The notes under the pieces are model-generated. The model had not been told where the DNA came from and ran no database searches. It worked only from the letters and a program-made list of their open reading frames with translations. A DNA stretch of 64,000 bases from Octopus vulgaris (taxonomy: Eukaryota), in assembly GCA_951406725.2 (NCBI GenBank), contig OX597823.1:103168001-103232000 (forward strand), in the 5' to 3' direction. The position numbers were made by a program, and so were the translations under genes. The first letter of the stretch is position 1, and every line of letters begins with the position of its first letter. Shown here in pieces: positions 13,912 through 27,026 of the stretch.

Positions 13912-14288
13912 TCTATATAAACGGCAGTTTGTCTGTGTGTGTTTCTGTGTGTCTGTTTGGTTGTACCCTCACCCTGACCACTGCTTTCAACCGATTCTGA
14001 TGAAACTTGACACACACATAGCCCAATGTCATAATTCAAAACTAACGCAGCGAAAATTTTGAAAAGTTCCCCCAGTTCTGAAAAAAATCGATAAATTCGA
14101 CATGGGGTCGAGAATCAGAAACACAAACCACAGACTGTCTAGGGGACGCAACTCGACCTTTTTTAACTCAAAAAAAATTTACCATCATTTTTTTCCCATT
14201 ATTTTGCTATTTTTTGGCTATAACTCTCTAAAAATGCTTTATAGTTATTTCCCTTACAAACCTGAGCAACGCCGGGCGATACTGCTAG
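13912..14288 (+). mobile_element. Non-autonomous Helitron-like element
   Basis: 5' TC start, subterminal hairpin CCTGAGCAACGCCGGG, 3' CTAG|T end, inside a (TA)n array. Confidence 0.72.
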
Positions 14289-14698
14289 TATATATATATA
14301 TATATATCTGTATATCATATATATATATATATCTGTATATCATATATATATATATATCTGTATATCATATATATATATATGATATACAGATGGCTTATCT
14401 GGAAAAGCAGCTTAGACCCTACTACATGTCTAAATACAAGGACAGAGCTTTTCGGATCATGCCCACATGTGACTAAGTTTCTGTTACGTTTTTGGTCCCC
14501 TAAAGAAAACAGATAGAACATGCTTTCTATGTTATGTCCCAAGAAGAATTTATATATTTTTATATATTTTTTATGTATTTTTATATAATTTTTATGATGA
14601 AAAATGCGAGCGATGTATAAGTACGCAGGCAAGCAGAGTTATAACAGAGTAATTTCCCTTTATTTAACGGTATTTTTTCATAACGTTTTCAAATAGCC

Positions 14699-14761
14699 AG
14701 ATAACCGAAGAGATGGTGTTGTGGATTTCCACTTCGGCATCTGAAACTCAGAGTTTTATCT
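14699..14761 (+). ncRNA. Variant hammerhead-like fold (U4C core, extra U before GAAA)
   Basis: AGATAA-CCGAAGA-GATG...CATC-T-GAAA-CTCAGAG-TT-TTATCT. 6-bp stem I, near-palindromic stem III, GUU triplet. Confidence 0.45.
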
Positions 14762-14889
14762 TGACTACCGAGTAATGTAACATATTGTATAGATAAATTT
14801 CCTCTATTTACATAATATTGAGGTCTCTTTCTTTCTTTTGTTATCTTACCGTTTTATCAATATATATATATATATATATAAATCTGTAT

Positions 14890-14934
<45 letters not shown>

Positions 14935-15209
14935 CAAAATTAGAGTATGGAGAAACATACTTAAATCAATAAAACATCAACTATCCGATGATACCCAATC
15001 AATACTTTAATACACCATTACATATGAGTAAAGGCATTATACAAAATGAGATATACAGTAATAGTAAAAAGATAAAGAGATATAAGTAAAAAATTTCAAA
15101 TATAATATGCAATTAAATCAAAACTGACAGCTGTTTCGGCAGTGAGGGCAGTCGCAGTATATTGGATATATATTATCCCATGGTGGGTTGAATTTTCAAC
15201 CCCTATCTC

Positions 15210-15251
<42 letters not shown>

Positions 15252-15558
15252 GTATATCATATATATATATATATATCTGTATATCATATATATATATATA
15301 TATCTGTATATCATATATATATATATATATCTGTATATCATATATATATATATATCTGTATATCATATATATATATATATATATATGTATATTATATATA
15401 TATATATATATGTATATCATATATATATATATATATATCTATATATCATATATATATATATCTGTATATCATATATAGATATATATCTGTATATTATATA
15501 TATATATATATCTGTATATCTATATATATATATATATATATATCTGTATATCTATCTA

Positions 15559-15627
<69 letters not shown>

Positions 15628-15729
15628 GTATATCATATATATATATATATCTGTATATCATATATATATATCTGTATATCATATATATATATATATATAT
15701 ATCTGTATATCATATATATATATCTGTAT

Positions 15730-15760
<31 letters not shown>

Positions 15761-16166
15761 CTGTATATCATATATATATATCTGTATATCATATATATAT
15801 ATATGCCTGGCCCCGTGCCGGTGACATGTAAAAGCACCATCCGTTCGTGGCTGTTTGCCAGCTCTGTCTGGCACCTGTGCAGGTGGCACGTAAAAAGCAC
15901 CCACTACACTCACGGAGTGGTTGGCGTTAGGAAGGGCATCCAGCCGTAGAAACACTGCCAGATCTGACTGGGCTGATGAAGCCTTCCAGCTTCACAGACC
16001 CCAGTTGAACCGTCCAACCCATGCTAGCATGGAGAACGGACGCTAAATGATGATGATGTGATGATGATATATATATATATATATATATATATATCTGTAT
16101 ATCATATATATATATATATATATATATCTGTATATCATATATATATATATATATATATATCTGTAT

Positions 16167-16203
<37 letters not shown>

Positions 16204-16228
16204 GTATATCATATATATATATCTGTAT

Positions 16229-16267
<39 letters not shown>

Positions 16268-16292
16268 GTATATCATATATATATATCTGTAT

Positions 16293-16331
<39 letters not shown>

Positions 16332-16933
16332 GTATATCATATATATGTGTATGTGTGTGTGTGAATATGTGTCATACCTCACCTTTAACCGTCACTTATT
16401 ATCTACGGTCAATTCCCCACACCCATCATGACTCAATTACTATAGCCACCACTTCATACATCTGACTTCCATCTCTGTCTCCTTCCACTCTTCCACCCAG
16501 CACATCATCTCTCTATTTTCTGATCTATCTACAGGTTTATTATACTACTACTACTACTACTACTCTACAACCCTTTCTGAACTGTCACTTAACTTGTATC
16601 CTCTCATACTTGAGCATCTCAAATCCTGACATCAAGCTACTTCTCCCTCGACTGCAATCCCATTCAGGCGAGGGAGTTTCTTTTACTTTGTATTGCAAGT
16701 TATATGGGGACCTCACTAACACCAATGTCATGAAGAAGAGCACCCAATACACAGTGTAAGAGACTAATGTTAAGAAGAGCATCCAGTCATAGAAACCATG
16801 TTAAAGCAGACATCGAAGCTTGACTGGCCTGCAGCTAAAATGATTCCTGTCATACCATCCAACCCATGTTAGCATGGAAGAATGGAGGATGTATATTAAA
16901 TGATGATAATATGTATGTGGGTCTGTGTCTCTA

Positions 16934-18561
16934 TATAATCAAATGAATAACAGATGATAGATAATTGTCAGCTCATTACAGCTGTTTCTTATGCATATTT
17001 ATATTGGCTGCTGCATAAATCTCAAGGGGTGCTTATGCAACGACTATTCATCTTTTAAATTAAGACATAGGGCTGGCAGGATGTCTCTAGCCACAAAAAT
17101 TTGGGAGATTAAGGACGATAATGTTAAATTTGATAGAGTTGGGACATTATTAGGGTCACTAAACTGTTCTTAAACAGTAGATACAGATGCAGACTTTACT
17201 GCATGGGGCTTTTTGAAATTTTAAGGAGATCTAATAGTGAAAGTCTACTAAATAATAAACTAGACCTTTATCTTTCCTGTATCCATAAAGCTACCTGCAC
17301 ATTTAAATACTTTAAGGACATTAAACAACCCCTATAATAGCCCCCAACCTAGGTCCAATCTAATTTACTCCCTCTTTTGCTGACCCTTTCGTTTATCGAT
17401 TTACTCATTCATTTCTGAGTCCTTCTGGTCTCGTTTTCCCTTTACCTTTTAACTGCTCTTACAATACATACATGGTATGCTACATTGAAGGAAGAACTAA
17501 CCATTCTATCCGTGGTGTACCTGGTATTATGCAGTAGCAATGACAGTGATACTTAACCTCTGGTAGCAGCCTGCACACCCTAGCCAGTTTGTTTCCATTC
17601 CTACTAGGTATGTATTCCTTACATCAGCATACAGTCTTTTGAGCAGCATTTGTTAAATAGTAGATAGAACACACTATCCAAACCTCTCACCCATGACTAT
17701 TGTTTCGAGTTGCTTTACCTAATTCACACAAAGGTAATTATACCAATCCAATTTTGATATCATCGCCACCTGTTTAACATTCCATATTGTTAATCATTAG
17801 ACTACTGCCTACTGCTGGCTTTCCTTGATATCCGATCTGCTAATTCCTCAAACTCTGTACTAAGTATAGTTCATTTAAGCTCCTTATTGATAGGTTGCAC
17901 TCTACTATAACTTCAGTTCCATAAAAGTTAGATCTTGTTATTTGATTGCCTTTGTACCCTCCCCTTACTTTCAACCAATGTCCACTGAATACCCCTAAAT
18001 CTTGTCTATCTCTGTCCCCCTCCCTTATATCACTAGCTAGAGATTCTTATACCCTGACCCTATTGCCTGATTGGCTTGTATGCTTTTACTTTTCATTTTT
18101 CCTTCACTCTTATGTTTGATTTATTTATCGTTTATTTTTTGCTTTATCCTTAATTTATTTTATGACCTCTCCTTACTTCCCACTGCTCTAAGCCTACTAT
18201 AATAAATTATCACCTACACCTCACTCCAGTCTGCCTATGATCTAGTCTAGCAGACTCCTCCTCACCTCAATCACTGACCTTAGAGATCATATTACACCCT
18301 TTCAAGAACTATATTCTTAACCTGAACGGCCAACATAGTTGGTCATTCTCCCATATCATAGTTGATCTCCATAGACTCCATCCACACATCCCTCCTCTAT
18401 TCTTGGAATATTCTTTTGTTTTGTAAAATTACTTCTCATCTGATGATTACGGGCCTTTTATAATGGAGTAATGTTCTCATTCTACTATTAAAAAGTTATG
18501 TAAGAAACAGCTGTAATGAGCTGACAGTTATCCATCCTATGCTATTATTCATTTGATTATA
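16934..18561 (+). mobile_element. 5'-truncated Penelope-like element: GIY-YIG remnant, long 3' region, HHR-bearing terminal repeat, inverted partial repeat at the 5' junction
   Basis: 16994-17290 translates IYIGCCINLKG..SSFKLRH..SLATKIWEIKDDNVKF (PLE endonuclease). 16934-16991 is an imperfect reverse complement of about 18501-18561. Confidence 0.75.
18435..18520 (+). ncRNA. Type-I hammerhead ribozyme in the terminal repeat of a Penelope-like element
   Basis: CTCAT-CTGATGA-[57-nt hairpin TTAC...GTAA]-GAAA-CAGCTG-TA-ATGAG. Core intact, 5-bp stem I, palindromic stem III ACAGCTGT, GUA triplet with predicted cut after 18515. Confidence 0.8.
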
Positions 18562-18601
18562 ATACACCAAGGAAATTTATGACTTGTCAGATACCCTAGA
18601 G

Positions 18602-21060
18602 CAGGGGTGGGCAACCTTTTTTGAGAGTGCTTGCCAAAACTGGCAAAATCTCTGACACAAAATTCTTGCACGTGCCAACCAAATTTTTTGGAGAACTACT
18701 TAAGAAAGTAGATGTGAAGAACTCTTTTAATAAATGATAAAAAAAATCATCATAGGGTAGTAAAACACAGTATATAATGATGGGAAATGTATTCATTCAC
18801 CTTCAAAGTTACATCTAAACAGCAATGAACTTTTGCCACTTTTAAAAGACATCAGATGAAATATCAGTCTGGCAGAAAACTTGCAGACAACCTTTGCCAC
18901 TTTCAAAAGAAAACATCAGTCAGATGAAATATCAGTTTGACAGAAAACTTGCTGACTCCTTTCACTATACATGTATATATACAGTATTATCAGTGGGTCT
19001 TCTGCTGCTGCATCACTGATGACACAGATTTTGTATCGGGGTTTATATTTCATAACCTTCAGAGATATGCATGTCCTACTAGTTTCATCCGTCAGGTTAC
19101 TCCTATTACAAGACTTAACAAATTTGATCACTGAGAACAAGGATTCAGAGGAATATGTTGATAAAAACATGGAAGTTTGTGCTGTTGCAAATTTTTTTAA
19201 ACTGGAAAAATTTTCTGGAATGGCATCCCAAGTTCTTAATAATTTGTTTTCCACACTCCTCTCTGGTACTCCTGTCACTAATCGCTTTTCTTCACTATTT
19301 TTTAAGTCCACTCTAAGATCAATAAATTTTTGCTTCCAAATTGAGCTACTTTGAAATTCAATCAACTGCATTTCAAAAGCAACCATTTCTATCCATGAAA
19401 TCATTTGTATGTTTAGTTCTTCCAGTTTGATAATGTCTGGGAACTTCATGAATTTTGGTGTTTCTTCCAGTTCCCTGAATTTAGCAAACCTTGTAAAATA
19501 CTGCTCAAAAAGTTGACATTGTAATGTTCTGTCATCTTTTGAGAGATCATTGATGTATCTCTTTAGGTTTGGGAAGTATCTAAATCTCTCATTGTCCATA
19601 TCCTTCTTAAAAACTTCTACCTTCATTTCAAAAGCCTTTATGTAACCAAACATAACATCAAGTGTAATTTAACATTGAAGTCATTCAAATGTTCACAAAA
19701 ATCTGCAAAAAACACCAGTTTACAAACCTACACGATGTCAGACAGTTCTTGATGAGAAACATGTTGGTCATTCAAAAAAAGCTTTATCTCATTTATGCAT
19801 TCAACAATCGTTTCAGAACCAAACCTCAGCTAAGCCATCAAACATTGTTGTACATTTTCAGTCCTTTATACACCGATTCTACCTCATTCAGTAAAACGTG
19901 ACATTATTTAAAGCCTGAGCAGAAATGTAATTCACAACCTTGGTAACAGTCTGCATCATTTCCTGAAGTTCCTTCGGGCCCGCTTTTGCACATAAAACCT
20001 CCTCGTGTAAGATGCAATGAAAACCTATCAGTGTGGGGACCCAACCTAGGCCCCCATATCTACGGCGTTCGCTGCTGGAATAAAGAGTGGTTGGAGATCA
20101 CGCGGTCGTTAGCCTCAAATTGCCAGGTCTGGTCGGTGTTTGTGAGAGATGCAACATTGAGGATGAATGAAGCCAGCTCAACCCAGGTGAATGCTGTCTC
20201 AAGTCAAGTCAATCAGTGTGTGACCAACTTCTTTTGCAAACAGGTTTATAAATCCTACCTTCTCACCAGTCATGCTGGGAGCACCGTCTGTTGTGATGGA
20301 TACTACTTTTGAAATGTTAGTTTGTTGAGAAGAGAATTCGTTCACTGCTTCTTTACATATTTCAGCCCCAGTAGTATGCTCAGGCAGTGTTAGAAGGGCA
20401 ACCGTCTCTTCACATATTTCATCACCATCACAAAATCGAGAAAAAGTGGCTAACCTAGCTGATGATGTAATGGCCGTACTCTGAACTTTCATCAATACAA
20501 ATAGAAAAAACCTACATGAAGTCAAATCTTTTGTCAATTGTTCAGAAGTGTTCTTCTCCAACTTAAGTATTCTATACTTAACCATTTTCCTACTTACAGA
20601 CAATTCTTTAATGCACTGAATAATCTTTTCCTTTTCTGTAAAATTGTCAAAAAGGAAATTTGCACACTCTAGCCAAGCTCCTTTAATATTCTCCTCATTA
20701 CTGAGTGGCTTTCCATGCTGAGCAATTACTTTTGAAACCTCAAGACTAGCAGCAGCTAAGTTGGAACTGGTTTTACCCGAGATAAAGCTTATAAAAGTAT
20801 CAGTCTGTTTTTTTGTTTTGCTGAGTTCAGGAGAAAATAATTCTCCTTGTTCCTCTTCAGTTTAATTGCTTAAGTTCTTATGAACACTTTCAAAATGCTT
20901 TTTTTACAGAAGGAGTTCTATAAACAACAGTTTTGGAACAGGAAATACATAATGCTTTATTGTTTTTCTTAATCCTACCAATCTTTTCAGTCTAGTATTT
21001 TTGAAATTCTGTAATAACCTCTTCCGTTGAATGACATCATTTCTTAGCTGGGGGTCCTGA
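18602..21060 (-). mobile_element. hAT (Charlie/Buster, GTF2IRD2-like) transposon fossil
   Basis: TIR CAGGGGTGGGCAAC at 18602, preceded by CCCTAGAG. ORF pieces include SITTDGAPSMTG and SMFLSTYSSESLFS...RSNLTDE; frameshifted. Second TIR not found. Confidence 0.85.
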
Positions 21061-22229
21061 CATTCTGCACAATGTATAAAGGGCTGACAAAAAAAAAGAA
21101 AAGAAAAGAGAGAGAGAAATAATGATATACATGAAAAAGGAGGAAGAAAAGTAAAATGTCTTTAAGTGATTAATAAGTTTGATTAAACCACTTTACTTTT
21201 TATTAGTTTTTTAATTAAAGTAAACAAAAAAAAATTAGTTTGCTATCCACACAAAACGGTAGGGTGGGCGTGGTGCAAACATAAGTAAAGAAAAGACAAA
21301 ACATGCAACAAATCACGACATGACTACCCAGACTTGCATGAGGGCTGAATTTAGCGGCATCGACCTGCAGCCCTTTAAATATGATTTAGTCACTTGAACA
21401 TTGGTGGACATCAAATGATCTGCACAACAAAAATTACAATACAGTACTAGCTCATTTATTAGAAATTGTCAAAAATGTTGTGATATTATTGTACACAAGC
21501 TGTACAAGTATATTTACTGTATTCATAAGTCAGGACAAATAGCATGATAGGAAATCAAGGAAGAACTGCATAAATGTAAGTATATTTTTCAACTTATGTT
21601 TAATATACAGATCAGATCTGTATTACAAAGAAACATTCTAGAAAACTTATCTATTCTTACAAGGATTTCTAATCTGACCAGATATACATACTATGGAACT
21701 TGTTTTACACTTGTTTAGGCAGCATAATCAAATCTGTTGTTATACAAGATTAGTATCAATCAAATCTACAGTCACAAGATATAATAAAACCATGCAGATG
21801 GCACCCCTATGCCACTGATGCCCACTAGCATAGCTGGTCCACCTCATCTCTCTTAGAAGCCAAAGCTAGGGTTAAATTTAAGCAAAATAGACTAAGAATC
21901 TTATGAAGTTGAAGTACCAACTACTGGCAAGTGCATTGTTAACATGATCTATGGGCCACCCAGTGAACTAGTGTGGCAGACACAAGAATTTGAAGTTCCT
22001 GCTTGTAAATTAGTGCAGATCATAAGAGGATCTGAACAATCAGTGTCTGGAAAATTGGCGTAGATCTTGTTTATCTGTCAATGTATGTGTGTGTGTGTAT
22101 GTATATATGTGTGTATCTATATGTGTATGTATATGTGTGTGTGTATATATGTAAATATATGTTTGTGTTTATATATATATTCTGACTCCATAGCTTCTAT
22201 GCAACCCATGGAAGCCACCTGGATGTTGC

Positions 22230-22620
22230 CCAATATGTTCATTGAAGTCACCAGCCACGAAGAGAAGAGTCACTGTCATTTGTTGATGAGGTAGTCTGCA
22301 AATGGGTGTCATTAAGTCAATCTTTCTCATCATCTGACACTACGGTTGAAGAGTGCAGACAGGACAAAAATAACAGTTGCTGTTCCACTTTGCAAATTTA
22401 GTTTAAGCTTAAGTATCCTCTCACACACTCTGACTGCCTTATCAACCCATTTCTCAACAAGAAGTATGCTCACACCACCAATCCTATTACTATTACCGAC
22501 ACAGAAGAAGGTCCCCTCCACCTTACTTCTTGAATGCAACATACCTACATGCCTTTGCTCCAGTATCTTGACAATCTCACCAGACCTACCTTTCAGTTTG
22601 TCCTTTCTCTAAGGGTGAAG
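22230..22620 (-). mobile_element. RTE AP-endonuclease fragment
   Basis: GGVSILLVEKWVDKAVRVCERILKLKL, typical of the RTE endonuclease N-terminus. Confidence 0.6.
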
Positions 22621-23279
22621 AAGGGAACAGGTGGATGGGAGACAGCATTCTGCATCTAAAAGGTTTGTATTGACGTTTGCCAGGCATATCATATAAGTTC
22701 ATATGGGTTATCTTACACTTCACACTTGCTGCATCAACCAGAAGAAGAGGGTGAGTTATACACTACTGTTTATACAAGGATGAAATAGCACTGAAAATTA
22801 ACTCCACTTGCCACATCTACCAGAAGAGGAGGATGTAGTATACAAGATAAGATAAATAAAATAGAGCCAATAATTGGCCCATTGGTATGTATACTTGTCA
22901 TATCTCTGATGCTAGCAATGCTGTTTTTATCTTATTGTAGTAGTGGTAGTACTACTGTTGCTGCGAATGGTCTAATGTCAACGGGAGGTGGAAGAAAGCT
23001 TTCTGTACAGGTTTCTGATATAGAAGGGAGGTTCCAAGAGAAAGACTTCCTGTATAGGTGTGGGATGGGAGGGTACATTGTGAACTACAAAGTCACATGG
23101 TTGCAACTTCTAAAAAAAAGTGAAACTTCTAAAAATGGAACTGACAAATGCGTGATAAAACAGCATGAGAGGGCATGATAAACATTCAACAAAATAGCAT
23201 GGGAACCCAGGATGTATATCTCTGTATATATTGGGAGTATAGATTATTTATTTGCATAATGACTGTCTCAGGAAAAAAT

Positions 23280-24481
23280 AAAACGTTTTTATTTTTTGAG
23301 ATATATTCAAATTTGTGTCTGTTTGTCTTCATGACATCTGTTGATCTCACTTGATGAACCCATCTTTAGCCTTGATGATATCCTCCAGGTGACCTTGGAA
23401 CCAGCCACAGGCCATTGTCACTATCTCCTGTTTTAGGCCTCTGAAGGCCCTGGTAATCCTGGCTCTCAGCTCATCCTTTGTGTTGCAGCTGGATTGGTTG
23501 GTCTCTCTTTCCACTGCACCCCACACAAAGAAGTCAAGGGGATTGCAGTCAGGTGAGTTAGGAGGCCAAATGTCAGGTGTTGTGTGATCGAAGGCTGATG
23601 TGGTTAGAGTGCAGAGTCTTGCTGTCACATGTATGGCCTCCCTGTAGCTACCCAGTCGATCCAGGGCTGCACCACCTTGCTCAGGGTACAGATGTAGCTG
23701 TCGGTGTTCAGCTTGAGGCTCTTAGGGAAGAAGTGGGGTGGCATTATATCACCTTCGCTGTTGATGACATCAAAGACCATGATTGTCACTGGAAATTTTG
23801 TCTGCATGTCTCATGGCATGTCTTTGGGTGAGACTGTGAGCTATCTGCAGTATGGGGAGTTAATCTTCTGATTTTGACAGAAATTCTTCTCATTGGAGAA
23901 GAACCACTGCATGTCTGGCTTCAGTGAGTATTTTAGCTTGTTGGTCAGCTTTTGGTGTACTTGAGTCACTTTTCTTGCATTACCTTGGATAGAAATTGTT
24001 TCTTCCTCATCTTGCATGAAAGGTAGCGAATGTCCTCACCAGTCTGTTGAGCTTATCATCCACATCTTTCTCTTGTTCAATGGCACACATTGATTTGCTG
24101 GGATCATTGTTGATGATTTGGATTTCAGTGATGAATTCTAGTGTTCTGATGGCATCAGATTGGCGATCATAGATTTTCCTCTCTGCTGTTGCTTCATAGT
24201 CAAATCCTGCATCTTCCAGCTCCTTTCTAACCCTTTCCACCATCATTCTGCTGACTCTGAGGAAGTCTGAAATTCTTTGATTGTCCTTACAGCACAGATT
24301 CCAAGAAGGACTCTGTGCTTCTTCCACAAACTGGTGAGGTCTAAAACCTTCCAAGGTCAATTCTGCAAAAAAAGTAAAAATGGGTTTTTGTTTTTAAGAA
24401 GAAATAAACTGACAATAGAAGTTTTAAAAAATGCATAAAATTAGCAGTTGAAAATTGCAAATGAATACTGTCAGCACCCTG
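23280..24481 (-). mobile_element. Tc1/mariner-superfamily transposon fossil (maT/DD37D-like)
   Basis: WPPNSPDCNPLDFFVW motif and WFFSNEKNF; terminus CAGGGTG next to TA at about 24481. Confidence 0.82.
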
Positions 24482-24574
24482 TATATACATACGCATGTCT
24501 AAGTATATATGTACATTCATATGCATATTTGTATGTGTATATATATATATATCTATATATATATATATAATCGA

Positions 24575-24990
24575 TCGACATCAATGGAATTTGTAGTTGT
24601 GGTACCAGTGCCGGTGGCACATAAGAGAACCATCCGAACGTGGCTGTTGCCAGCACCGCATCAACTGGCCTCCGTGCTGGTGGCACGTAAAAAGCACCAT
24701 CCGATCGTGGCTGTGCCAGCCTCGCCTGGCCTCCGTGCCGGTGGCACTTAAAAAGCACCATCCGAGCGTGGCCGTTCGCCAGCCTCGTCTGGCACCTGTG
24801 TCGGTGGCACATAAAAAGCACCCACTACACTCACGGAGTGGTTGGCGTTAGGAAGGGCATCCAGCTGTAGAAACATTGCCAGATCAGACTGGCCTGGTGC
24901 AGCCTTCGGGCTTCCCTGACCCCAGTTGAACTGTCCAACCCATGCTAGCATGGAAAGCGGACGTTAAACGATGATGATGATGATGATGAT
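24575..24990 (+). mobile_element. Solo RTE 3'-UTR copy; related copies at ~634-845(-), 4213-4660(+), 12935-13135(-), 15805-16068(+), 30215-30470(-), 30790-31162(+), 37350-37590(+), 62709-62910(-)
   Basis: Matches the 3' UTR of the LINE at 56476-56870: GTGCCGGTGGCAC.TAAAAAGCACC units, GGCGTTAGGAAGGGCATCCAGC, and a (GAT)n tail. Confidence 0.85.
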
Positions 24991-25199
24991 ATATATATAT
25001 ATAGTAAGTCCCAAAAAATGAAGAGCAAACACGAAAAAAACAACAACACGAGGACATTATTTGAAGCGGGATGTCGTCACGGATCATCTTCAACGTTGGG
25101 AGTGATTATTCAATCGCACTGATCAGCTACTGCTGATACAGTCAGCAGATCAGCATTTGATACAGTCAGCAGTCAGCATTTGATACAGTCAGCAGATCA

Positions 25200-26490
25200 G
25201 GACTGTACATGGTGCTGGGAAAATGTGGCTGTCCCCCTTTACTACTGCAGCAGCTCATTGTTTCGTTCCATGATGATATGAAGGCCACCATTCAGTTTGA
25301 CAGTTTAATATCAGATAGCTTCAACATCGACAGGGGAGTAAAACAAGGTTGTGTCTTCGCATCAATCCTTTTCAGAATTTACTTTGCTCTATTGCTGCAG
25401 TATGCATTTCAAGAGTTGCCGGGAGATGTCTACCTTTGTTGGGGAACTGATGGGTCACTCTTTGATCTTTCTAGACTTCAGGCCAAGACTAAGATCAATA
25501 GAGCAACAATAAGAGACTTTCTCTTCACCGACGATGCGGCACTTGTTGCTCACAGGGAATTAACTTTACAAACAATGATGGACCACCTATTATCAGCATG
25601 CAAGGCCTTCGGTTTGGTCATCAGTGTAAAGAAGACAGTCATCCTCACTCAGGAGGACACAGCAAAAGGCCACATAAAGCTTGAGACAGTGGACAGGTTC
25701 TGCTATCTAGGGTCTACCATTTCCTCTACTGCTTCACTTGATGATGAGATTAATGTCAGGATTGGGAAGGCTGACAAAACGAGTATGGAAGAACAAGAGA
25801 TTAGACATCAAGATCAGGGTTTATGAAGCATGTGTTCTCAGCACACTCCTCTATTGTTCTGAAAGATGGACCTTGTACAGCAGACAGGAAAAATGCTTTG
25901 GCATTTTCCATCTCAGATGTCTCTGCAAGATCTTAGGGCTAACATGGCGCAACAAGGTCACCAATGTTGAAGTGCTGGCCCATGCGAATCTTCAAAGCAT
26001 GACAGCTATCTTGTGTATGAGAAGATTAAGATGACTGGGGCATGTCAGGAGAATGGATGACCATCAAATCCCGAAGCAACTGCTCTATGGAGAACTGGTC
26101 CAGAGCAAGAGACCAAGGGGAAGACCAAAACTGAGGTATAAGGACACTTGCAAAACTAGTTTGTCCAAGTGTGAGGTGGATGTCAGCACCTGGGAAGAGA
26201 GGGCTCAGGACAGAACAACATGGAGGACTGTGGTGAAGGAAGGAACTGCTTCGCTGGAGAGCAGCTACAGAAGAAAACAAGTTGAGAAGCATCAGCAGTG
26301 AAAGGAAAACAACAGAAATGCAGAGCACTGAGAGCCACCCTGTTGGTATGCAAGTACTGTGACAGAAGCTGTGTTTCAATCATAGGAAGAATCAGCCATG
26401 AAAGAAGCTGCAAGAAAGGGAACCCCTGATATGTTCGAGTAAGTGATCTCTAAGCTAAATTGACCACCTGCATAGACGAAAAGGGTCAAT
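25200..26490 (+). mobile_element. RTE (BovB-like) LINE 3' fragment
   Basis: GVKQGCV, FLFTDDAAL, FCYLGS, IPKQLLYGEL..RPRGRPKLRYKD, terminal C..C...H..C remnant; frameshifted. Confidence 0.88.
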
Positions 26491-26910
26491 TATAATTATT
26501 ATATTGTATATTTGTATATATGCTTTTACTTGCACAAGAATGTAGACGTTACTATGATTTAACCCCTAATTCACTTTCTGCTGACCTTTGTAAAAAACCA
26601 AAAAACAAACCCAAAATATATTTTGTCTCAACTTGCACTTAATGTTTTATATGGGTGTGTTGTGTGTGTGTGTGTGTGTGTGTGTTTTAACTAATACAGG
26701 AATGTAGATGTCACTGTGACCTGACCTGGAAATCACCTGCTGACTTTCATAAAAAGTACATCCAGATATACCTTATTATTCTGTCAAAGATGTACTGTAA
26801 TCTAAAATGCAAAATTCATGGAAAAATATGCACTTGGTTTTTCTTTCCTTCTTTTTGGAATGTCTATTGTTATTTTTGTTTTGACCTACCTGAACTTGTA
26901 TTCAATACTT

Positions 26911-26946
<36 letters not shown>

Positions 26947-27026
26947 ATTTGGTTTGTTGTGAAAATGGTACTCCCTTTCTCACATGACAAGAGTGGTGAG
27001 TAGCCATTATAAAGTCAGACAGTCAT

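Larger units (their letters stand above)
13535..16345. repeat. Compound satellite: (TA)n punctuated by TCTGTATATCA, interrupted by Helitron-like, PLE-end and RTE-3'UTR insertions
   Basis: Arrays at 13535-13910, 14290-14385, 15215-15805 and 16065-16345. Confidence 0.95.

Noticed and set aside
13992-14010. CTGATGAAAC hammerhead-like words
   Set aside because: No stem II or stem III geometry; part of the Helitron-like element body.
15120-15140. GAAACAGCTGTC hammerhead 3' half on the minus strand (similar halves near 14466-14480, 7198-7210 and 16971-16988)
   Set aside because: No properly placed CUGANGA with matching stems upstream; at most truncated terminal-repeat fragments.
10321-16465. Long ORFs rich in Y/I/H/T/C/V
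   Set aside because: These are translations of (TA)n, (CA)n and (TACA)n microsatellites, not genes.
18916-20603. Domesticated GTF2IRD2/ZBED-like host gene
   Set aside because: Multiple frameshifts and stops plus a retained TIR point to a transposon fossil.
24600-24830. Regularly spaced palindromic repeats resembling a CRISPR array
   Set aside because: The spacers are homologous to each other, there are no cas genes and the context is eukaryotic. It is the tandem unit of an RTE 3' UTR.
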